From an archaeon (GTDB taxonomy: Archaea; Iainarchaeota; Iainarchaeia; Iainarchaeales; CSSED10-239), in assembly GCA_035357435.1 (NCBI GenBank), contig DAOPNM010000010.1, positions 1 to 20,704 on the forward strand: DNA of 20,704 bases, read 5' to 3'. The notes below the pieces were generated by a model. The model ran no database searches. It was not told where the DNA came from and saw only the letters and a program-made list of their open reading frames with translations. How positions within the stretch are numbered: position 1 is the stretch's first letter; each line of letters starts with the position of its first letter. The translations under genes were made by a program, and so were the position numbers. Below, in pieces: positions 1 through 5,866 of the stretch.

Positions 1-416
1 TTTGTTTTTATTTGATTTATTTGTTTTTTATTTATTTTTTTTTTTTTAATAATTATAAGAAATCCTGTATTTTTCCCATTTTTAGGGTAACTTTGGGTTA
101 TAATGTTTTTTATTTGATTAGTATAGTTTAAAGTAAGTAATATTTCAATACCTAGTTTTTCTGAAATATTTATTTTTTCTTGAATGGCATTATATGCAAT
201 AAATATTCCCCACAAGATTTGTTTAATATCATAAATATATGTGTTTGGTAAATATATAATTTCTTCTATATTTTTGTTTTTTGTTTTTATTGATTCTAAT
301 TGTTTGAGATAGTTTTTTATGTGTTCTATGTCTATACATCCATAGACGTTTGTAACAAATATTTTTTGTTTTTCATTTTTTAGGCTAGGTATTTCATAAT
401 TAGTTAATATTTCCAT
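1..416 (-). CDS. cgi121: Partial CDS (N-terminal 138 codons; no stop before the left window edge): Cgi121-like KEOPS subunit (tentative)
   Basis: Hand translation of the minus strand from ATG at 416-414 gives an uninterrupted frame down to position 3: MEILTNYEIPSLKNEKQKIFVTNVYGC...IYDIKQILWGIFIAYNAIQEKINISEKLGIEILLTLNYTNQIKNIITQSYPKNGKNTGFLIIIKKKK... The blocks IKQILWGIFIAYNA and GIEILLTLNYTNQIKNII..NGKNTGFLII align by eye with the Cgi121/TPRKB pattern as I remember it (HxLxAxxxA ... EILxxxSxxxxIxxAxxxxG ... vvLi). The ORF is missing from the supplied track, presumably because it has no stop inside the window. Confidence 0.45.
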   Translation of the reverse strand, partial: MEILTNYEIPSLKNEKQKIFVTNVYGCIDIEHIKNYLKQLESIKTKNKNIEEIIYLPNTYIYDIKQILWGIFIAYNAIQEKINISEKLGIEILLTLNYTNQIKNIITQSYPKNGKNTGFLIIIKKKKINKKQINQIKT

Positions 417-435
417 AATTAAAGAATAAATAAAA

Positions 436-446
436 ACCTTTAAAAA
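436..446 (+). promoter_or_regulatory. BRE/TATA-like box (ACCTTTAAAAA) upstream of rps8e
   Basis: The motif lies about 63-73 nt upstream of the rps8e ATG, in the 92-nt divergent spacer between the Cgi121-like gene and rps8e. A near-identical ACCTTTATAAA occurs at 2611-2621 upstream of another SD-led gene. A/T-rich boxes are common in this genome, so specificity is low. Confidence 0.3.
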
Positions 447-508
447 TTAATTTAATTATTAGTTATATACAGAACATAAAAAACACATAATACAAAAAGG
501 TGAAATAA

Positions 509-910
509 ATGGTTGAATGGAAACAAAAATCAAGAAGAAAAAAAAGTGGCGGTATAAATAATTCAATAAAGGCAAGTACAAAGAAATTAAGTGATAGAGG
601 TGGAACTTTTTCAAAAACAACAATAGATACAAAAGATGAGAGATATAAATCCAAATCTGTTGGTGGGAATACTAAAATAAAATTAAGAAAGGCACAATCT
701 GTTTTAATTTCTGATGGCCCAAAAACGTATAAAGGGAAAATCATTAATGTTATAGAGAATGTTGCAAATAAACATTTTGTAAGACAAAGGATTATTACAA
801 AAGGTGCTGTTTTAACTGTTGATGTCAATGGTAAAGAAATGAAAGTCAAAGTAACTTCGAGACCAGGACAGTCAGGAAACATTTATGCAGTTCCTTATAC
901 ACAAAAATAA
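509..910 (+). CDS. rps8e: 30S ribosomal protein S8e (eS8)
   Basis: 133 aa. The N-terminus WKQKSRRKKSGG and the C-terminal block NVIENVANKHFVRQRIITKGAVL...KVKVTSRPGQSGNIYAV match the conserved eS8 pattern. A GGTGA SD at 499-503 lies 5 nt before the ATG. Confidence 0.9.
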   Translation: MVEWKQKSRRKKSGGINNSIKASTKKLSDRGGTFSKTTIDTKDERYKSKSVGGNTKIKLRKAQSVLISDGPKTYKGKIINVIENVANKHFVRQRIITKGAVLTVDVNGKEMKVKVTSRPGQSGNIYAVPYTQK

Positions 911-922
911 TTTTTAGTATTT

Positions 923-1471
923 ATGAGATCTACAAAAAAGAATAAAAAAAAAGCATTTAAAATTAAGTTTAATAAAGATACATTAAAGAATGCTCTTTTG
1001 TTTCTTTTGTTTTTTTTTATTTTTTTTTTAATTATTTTTTTAGTTTTGTCTAAAACTGTTTTATATAAGTATATAAATTATTTTTTTGGGATTTCTTCTA
1101 ATTTTTTATTAAACACAATTTTTTCTGTGCCTTCTGTTTTTTCTTTTGATACTGTTTCTGTTTTAACAATAAATTCTTTGTCTTATCCTGTTTACATTTC
1201 ATTTTTGTGTACTGGTGTTTTGGAATTTTCTTTATTATCTGCAGCAATTCTTGCATCACATGGTTTTTCTTGGAAAAAAAGAGTTGTTGGTATTCTTATT
1301 GGGACAGGTGTTTTGATTTTTTTTAATATTTTAAGAATTTCTTTAACCGTTTTTTTAATAACTGAATTAAATTTAGAAGTTGCTAGTTTTTTTCATGGAT
1401 TTTTGTTTAGACTTTTTTTAGTAATTATTGTTTTAGGCACTTATTATTTTTGGTTAAAAAAAATAAATTAA
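923..1471 (+). CDS. Exosortase/archaeosortase-family polytopic membrane protein, miniature form (182 aa)
   Basis: There are about 5 hydrophobic segments. Cys96 sits in FLCTGV, Asn135-x-x-Arg138 in FFNILRIS, and His158 in FFHGF, which resembles the conserved core of the exosortase/archaeosortase family as I recall it. The N-terminal tail is basic. The gene starts 12 nt after the rps8e stop. Confidence 0.6.
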   Translation: MRSTKKNKKKAFKIKFNKDTLKNALLFLLFFFIFFLIIFLVLSKTVLYKYINYFFGISSNFLLNTIFSVPSVFSFDTVSVLTINSLSYPVYISFLCTGVLEFSLLSAAILASHGFSWKKRVVGILIGTGVLIFFNILRISLTVFLITELNLEVASFFHGFLFRLFLVIIVLGTYYFWLKKIN

Positions 1472-1488
1472 TTTGTTGTTTTCTGTTT

Positions 1489-2088
1489 TTATATACTTAT
1501 ATGTAACCCAATTAATATAAAATCAATACCCCATGCAAGTGTTATTAACCCTAATATTGTTGTTAATACTTGTATAAACACTTTTGCTTTTGAAATTGTT
1601 TTCTGGATATATATAGATAGTAATAATAATCCAAATGTAATAAGTAACACGACCCCTATTGCAATTGCTGTTAGGAGTTTCCCATAATCCACAACAGAAA
1701 TTATTGTTGCTGTTATTGCTGCTGGCCCACACAATAATGGTGTTGCAATTACCGTTGCAATTGCTGTCGTGGTGTCTTTTGCATTTGTTTTTGAGTCTTC
1801 TTCATTGTTTTTTAAAAATCCAGACATAGATATTCCTAAAAGTGCAAGTAATATTCCTCCTGCAATTCTAAAACTGTCTATGTTTGTATTAAATAAATCT
1901 AATACCCCTTTTCCGAAAAATAAAAAAAGATATAATATAATTGCTGCAAGACTTGTTGCTAATATTGCAATATATAGTCTTTCGTTTTTATTTAATGCAT
2001 GTGTCCTTGCAAAAAAAAATGCAAATGTTTGTAATGGGTCAATTATTACAAAAAATAATATTATTAAAGATACAAGATCAGATATCAT
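1489..2088 (-). CDS. MarC / UPF0056 family integral membrane protein
   Basis: 199 aa. FRIAGGILLALLGISM, ATPLLCGPAAITATIIS and LGLITLAWGIDFILIGL align by eye with E. coli MarC blocks (LRIAGGLIVAFIGFRM, AMPSTAGPGTIAMIIS, MGFLLVCMGVQFIINGI). The gene is convergent with the sortase-like gene across a 17-nt spacer. Confidence 0.8.
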   Translation of the reverse strand: MISDLVSLIILFFVIIDPLQTFAFFFARTHALNKNERLYIAILATSLAAIILYLFLFFGKGVLDLFNTNIDSFRIAGGILLALLGISMSGFLKNNEEDSKTNAKDTTTAIATVIATPLLCGPAAITATIISVVDYGKLLTAIAIGVVLLITFGLLLLSIYIQKTISKAKVFIQVLTTILGLITLAWGIDFILIGLHISI

Positions 2089-2098
2089 TATTTATTAC

Positions 2099-2485
2099 CT
2101 ATTTTGTTTCTTTTATGAGTTTTTTTACTTGTTCTACTGTTGTGTACTCTAATGGATTTATGTTATCTATGATATATTTAATTTCTTTTAGTTCTTCTGC
2201 TTTTGCATATCTTTTAGAAAATAGTTCAATTGTGTTTTGTAAATTGTTTATTTTTGTTTCTAATTCTTTTTGTTTTTTTATAATTTCGTTTATTTGTTCT
2301 TGATTTATCCCGCCTTCTGATGTTCCTTGTAAATTAAGTGCAGATATTTTTTTATTTAGTATTAATATGTTTCTGCCTAATATTTTTTCATTATGTACAA
2401 TATATTTTATTTTTTGAGATAATAACTGTATGCTTGATTGTAATGCTTTAATGTCTTGTAAAACTGATGGTTGTTCTGTTGCCAT
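2099..2485 (-). CDS. Hypothetical coiled-coil protein (128 aa)
   Basis: The ORF has heptad-like Leu/Ile/Lys/Glu/Gln composition. It lies 10 nt upstream of, and co-directional with, the MarC-family gene. There is no SD, and a tandem TATA-like box sits 16-35 nt upstream. I recognise no family. Confidence 0.6.
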   Translation of the reverse strand: MATEQPSVLQDIKALQSSIQLLSQKIKYIVHNEKILGRNILILNKKISALNLQGTSEGGINQEQINEIIKKQKELETKINNLQNTIELFSKRYAKAEELKEIKYIIDNINPLEYTTVEQVKKLIKETK

Positions 2486-2500
2486 TTTTTATCTTTTTTA

Positions 2501-2520
2501 TATATTTATATATATTTATA
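2501..2520 (-). promoter_or_regulatory. Tandem TATA-like decamer (TATATTTATA x2), candidate promoter of the leaderless coiled-coil/MarC transcription unit
   Basis: A perfect 10-nt tandem duplication lies 16-35 nt upstream of the minus-strand ATG at 2485. No SD lies between the box and the ATG. Confidence 0.3.
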
Positions 2521-2610
2521 TTTGAATATATACCAAAGTTATTTTTAATATATGGTATTTTTTGATTGTGTGTTTTTTTGTGTAATTGATTATAGTTATT
2601 TAATTACAAA

Positions 2611-2621
2611 CCTTTATAAAC
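2611..2621 (+). promoter_or_regulatory. BRE/TATA-like box (ACCTTTATAAA) upstream of the Tyr/Gly-rich protein gene
   Basis: The motif lies about 61-71 nt upstream of the ATG at 2682 and is followed by a double SD (GGTGA at 2661-2665, GAGGAG at 2671-2676). It is the same 11-mer, with one mismatch, as 436-446. Confidence 0.3.
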
Positions 2622-2681
2622 CCTTCGGTGTATATAATTATATATTATACATAAATTTAAGGTGAAAAAAGAGGAGATATT

Positions 2682-3122
2682 ATGGAATTTAAAAATATTG
2701 TATTTGGTTGTTTAATTTTGTTTTTTGGTTTTATTATGATTAATACAGTTTCTGCAGATAGTCTTTCTGATGCAATTGGTGAAAGCCCAAGTGTTTCAAG
2801 AGCATACATGACAGCATATTATTATCCAAGCTATGGGTATTATGGAACATATTATCCTGCATATGGCTACACCTATGGTGGATACTATTATGATGGATAT
2901 TATAATATGTTAGATTATGGCACAGGATTAGCATATAGCCCATATTATGGTTCAGGCATTAGTTATACAAATGGATATTATAACGGCTATTATGTTGGTT
3001 ATAATAATGGATTTTATGATGGATATTATACAGGTGTTGACACATATTATCCTACAAATAGTACATTAATTGGTGTTTCTTATAGAAATCCAGGAAGCAT
3101 AAGTGTATATTATAAAGGTTAA
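2682..3122 (+). CDS. Secreted Tyr/Gly-rich low-complexity protein (146 aa)
   Basis: It has a strong double SD and a classic signal peptide, MEFK-NIVFGCLILFFGFIMI-NTVSA|DS. The mature part is dominated by (D/N)GYY-type units. The 12-nt string ATGGATATTATA recurs exactly at 2892, 2971 and 3019. Confidence 0.75.
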   Translation: MEFKNIVFGCLILFFGFIMINTVSADSLSDAIGESPSVSRAYMTAYYYPSYGYYGTYYPAYGYTYGGYYYDGYYNMLDYGTGLAYSPYYGSGISYTNGYYNGYYVGYNNGFYDGYYTGVDTYYPTNSTLIGVSYRNPGSISVYYKG

Positions 3123-3126
3123 TTCC

Positions 3127-3144
3127 TTTTTTTTATTTTATTTT
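3127..3144 (+). terminator. Oligo-T tract (T8, T4, T4), candidate archaeal intrinsic terminator
   Basis: The sequence TTTTTTTTATTTTATTTT begins 5 nt after the stop codon at 3120-3122. Archaeal RNAP is known to terminate at T-runs. Confidence 0.4.
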
Positions 3145-3186
3145 GAATAGATAGTATAAAACATATAGATAGTAATAAAAGATATA

Positions 3187-3211
3187 AAAAGTATAAATAA
3201 AAAGTATAAAT
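3187..3211 (+). promoter_or_regulatory. Tandem AAAAGTATAAAT boxes, candidate TATA element for a leaderless transcript of the 803-aa gene
   Basis: The exact 12-mer occurs at 3187-3198 and 3200-3211, 11-35 nt upstream of the ATG at 3222. No SD-like motif lies between the boxes and the ATG. Confidence 0.35.
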
Positions 3212-3221
3212 TTGATGTAAT

Positions 3222-5633
3222 ATGAAATATAAATATAAAAATATATATTTTGTTTTTTTTATTTTCTTGTTTTTGTTTAATTTTAATTTTTTGTTTGCTT
3301 CTTCTATAGATTCTATAAATGTTTCTAATGTTCAAGTAAAAAGTGACACTTATACTTCTTTTGAAAATGTGAATTATGCGAATTATAATGAAAATATTGA
3401 TGTAAAAATTAATGTTGACGTTAGTGGGGATATAGGGGAATCTATCCCAATTTATGCTACTTTATATATTATTGGGATATTACCAAATGGCACAAAAGAA
3501 GTTTCTCTGGTAAGCCCAACAAATTTATTTTATGTTTCTTCAAATTCTACTTTTGAATATGATTATGATAACCTTTTTGTTTTTAAAACGAAATATGTAG
3601 GATATGAAATTAAGTTAGATATAAGTTATAATAATAATACCCTTACAGATAGTGGTTCTGCTTATGTTTATCTTATTGGTCAATCATCCTTCCCTTCTGA
3701 TGTAGATGATGTGCCTAATAATACTCTGCCTCCTCACAATTGTTCTTGTTTTTATGTTTCTGGGCCTTCTACAATTTATTTAGATGAAGATGATGATGCC
3801 AGTTATAGTTTTTCAATAATTAATCTTTCAAATACAAATTTAATTATAGATTCTATTGATGTTTCTGATACTGACGAATTAGACATTGATGACATATCAT
3901 TTCCAGACATAGTTTCTGCAAACTCAATTGGTCATGCACATCTAGATTTATTTGCAGATACTGTTAGTTCTGATGATTCTGGTTCTTTTGAGATTAATGT
4001 AATTGGTGTGTCTAACGGTGTGCCTTGTACAGATGTTTTTTCTGTAAATTATCATATAGATAATCAAGAACATGAAAATTCAGCAAGTTGTTCAGATATT
4101 TCATATGATAATGTTTCCTTTTCAATTGATGAAGATGATTCTAAGTTTGTATATTTGAATATAACAAATGAATCCTTAGATTATGTTTATGAAATAGAAG
4201 AAATAGAAATAGATGATGGGGAATATGTTTTTGCATCTGTGTCTAATCCTCCTTCTATAATTGATGAAGATTCTACAGAAAAAATTAAATTGAATCTTTC
4301 TTCAGATTTTGTATCTTCGGACACAATAGAGCATTTAGATTTATATGTTCGTGGGCATTTTACAAGACCAGGATATGAAGATAAAACTTGTAATAAGCAT
4401 ATAGATGTTTCTATAAAAGTTCTTAATTCTTCTTCAATTCATATTTCATCTTCCTCTTCATCAAATTCACAAACACCTTCAAATTCTACAAGTTCTCCAA
4501 ATTCACAACTAGTTCCGGATATGTGTGATTTTACTTTAACTGTTCCAGAAAGTTTAATAATTGATGAATCTCAAGAAGAAATAATGTTGTTTTTTAGTAA
4601 ACATAACTCTTTAGAAGGAACAATAAAGATTATTGCAGATGGTGCTCTTGTGTCTCCATCTGTCATTTATTTAGATGATGTAAATAGTTTTTCAAAAAAA
4701 ATTGTTTTAAATAATTTTTTATCTCCAAAAAAGGTAATATATGTTGTTTCAATAAACGGTTGTTTGCCACAAACATATTATACCAGTCTAATTAATAATT
4801 TGTTATTATCAAAAGACATTTTGGTTTCTTTATCTCCAAGATTCATTGCAGATACTTCTACTAAATTAATTGCTGTCGAACTTACAAATTCTTCTTCAGA
4901 ATCAAAAGAGATTAAAGTGAAGTTATCTGGATTCCCAAACACATGGAAGATTATTTCTAGCCCAAATCCAATTTCTCAAGAAGCATTGTCTACAATAACT
5001 TCTACAGATAGATTGGTTGTGCCTCCACATGAAACAAAATTATTTTATTTTTTTGTAAGTTTTTCAGAGCCATTTACAAATGCTAGTTATAATGGGTATT
5101 TAGAGGTATATTCTGGTAATGATTTAATTTCTAAAACCCCATTAACAATAGATCAAATAAATGAAAATTCAATTGTTTCTTTAACAAAAACTGTTCAAAA
5201 AATAGATAATGAAAAAAATAGTTTTTATGTTTATATAACATTAAAAAATAATTCTCCAGGTATAAAAAACCTTTTTATAGATTTTAATTTTTCTGAAGAT
5301 TATGTAATTGATGGAAATAGAGAGGTTATTTTACAACCACAGGAATCTAAATTGGTAATATATAAAATAGTTGCTCCAGCGGATGTTGTAAATAATTTTT
5401 GTGCACTTATGTCTGTTAAAGATTCTATAACATATTCTATTTTAGTCCAAGATATTATTTGTTTTGAAATAATTAATAGAGGTTCTCCAACTGCATTTTT
5501 TAATTTGCACAGTGCCTCTGGAATATTAAGTGTTGTTGTTTTAATTATAATTGTGTTGTTTATAATTGGATTGATTATTAGAAATAATCGTAAAAAAGAA
5601 AAGGGAATAAATTATAGTTTTTCTAAAAAGTAA
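3222..5633 (+). CDS. Large secreted, C-terminally anchored multi-domain surface protein (803 aa), S-layer/adhesin-like
   Basis: The N-terminal signal peptide is MKYKYK-NIYFVFFIFLFLFNFNFLF-ASS. I hand-count about 17 N-x-S/T sequons. Repeated beta-sandwich-like segments of the type LxVxLTNxSxxxxxIxVxL...PxExKxxxFxV appear at least 4 times, along with acidic patches and a Ser-rich linker (4425-4508). The C-terminus has a hydrophobic helix plus RNNRKKEK. Confidence 0.85.
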   Translation: MKYKYKNIYFVFFIFLFLFNFNFLFASSIDSINVSNVQVKSDTYTSFENVNYANYNENIDVKINVDVSGDIGESIPIYATLYIIGILPNGTKEVSLVSPTNLFYVSSNSTFEYDYDNLFVFKTKYVGYEIKLDISYNNNTLTDSGSAYVYLIGQSSFPSDVDDVPNNTLPPHNCSCFYVSGPSTIYLDEDDDASYSFSIINLSNTNLIIDSIDVSDTDELDIDDISFPDIVSANSIGHAHLDLFADTVSSDDSGSFEINVIGVSNGVPCTDVFSVNYHIDNQEHENSASCSDISYDNVSFSIDEDDSKFVYLNITNESLDYVYEIEEIEIDDGEYVFASVSNPPSIIDEDSTEKIKLNLSSDFVSSDTIEHLDLYVRGHFTRPGYEDKTCNKHIDVSIKVLNSSSIHISSSSSSNSQTPSNSTSSPNSQLVPDMCDFTLTVPESLIIDESQEEIMLFFSKHNSLEGTIKIIADGALVSPSVIYLDDVNSFSKKIVLNNFLSPKKVIYVVSINGCLPQTYYTSLINNLLLSKDILVSLSPRFIADTSTKLIAVELTNSSSESKEIKVKLSGFPNTWKIISSPNPISQEALSTITSTDRLVVPPHETKLFYFFVSFSEPFTNASYNGYLEVYSGNDLISKTPLTIDQINENSIVSLTKTVQKIDNEKNSFYVYITLKNNSPGIKNLFIDFNFSEDYVIDGNREVILQPQESKLVIYKIVAPADVVNNFCALMSVKDSITYSILVQDIICFEIINRGSPTAFFNLHSASGILSVVVLIIIVLFIIGLIIRNNRKKEKGINYSFSKK

Positions 5634-5866
5634 GCATGCAAGTTAAATCTATTCTCTTTTTAAATGTTTCTTGTCTATATATTATACTATATAAATAATA
5701 TTTGAGCTTTGTACACTGTGTGTAGACGGGGTACGTTAGCTAACTTTAGAAAAAGTCAGCATATAAATACAAAGCAGTTTATATGTTTTTTATTTTATAT
5801 TTTTGTATTTATGTATGTGGCTTTTTTTAAAATATAAAAATTATTAAAAGAAAAGGAAAAGAAACT

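Noticed and set aside
31-47. Long T-run (TTTATTTTTTTTTTTTT) as a terminator or low-complexity spacer
   Set aside because: It lies inside the open minus-strand Cgi121-like frame, where it encodes a Lys run. No plus-strand gene ends upstream of it within the window.
463-882. 139-aa minus-strand ORF from the track
   Set aside because: It lies entirely antisense to the well-supported rps8e gene. Its Phe/Leu-rich hydrophobic sequence is the expected shadow of a Lys/Glu-rich AT-rich gene (AAA/GAA read as TTT/TTC).
1523-2303. Track ORFs 1523-1732 (-), 1769-2152 (+) and 1941-2303 (+)
   Set aside because: They overlap the MarC-family and coiled-coil genes out of frame or antisense. They have no recognisable motifs and no SD, whereas the MarC frame has clear family blocks.
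2624-2629. CTTCGG (UUCG tetraloop-like) in the leader of the Tyr/Gly-rich gene
   Set aside because: Only the closing C-G pair can form. The flanking bases (ACC...TGT) do not extend the stem, so no stable hairpin is supported.
2501-3211. Short tandem repeats (TATATTTATA x2; AAAAGTATAAAT x2) as a CRISPR or minisatellite
   Set aside because: Each has only two copies and no spacers of unique sequence, and they lie in promoter-distance positions. They are better explained as duplicated A/T promoter boxes or simple AT slippage.
2740-3335. Track ORFs 2740-2943 (-) and 3138-3335 (-)
   Set aside because: The first is the antisense shadow of the TAT-rich Tyr/Gly gene and reads as a His/Asn/Met-rich oddity. 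The second spans the promoter and signal-peptide region of the 803-aa gene and is a low-complexity K/I/F string.
5704-5777. Possible tRNA, split-tRNA half or C/D-box sRNA in the GC-enriched island
   Set aside because: Placing GCTTTGT/ACAAAGC as an acceptor stem gives no D-arm or T-arm pairing and no GTTCRAAT-like T-loop. Neither strand has RUGAUGA C-box/CUGA D-box pairs in the right arrangement. I kept it only as an unclassified structured or regulatory candidate.
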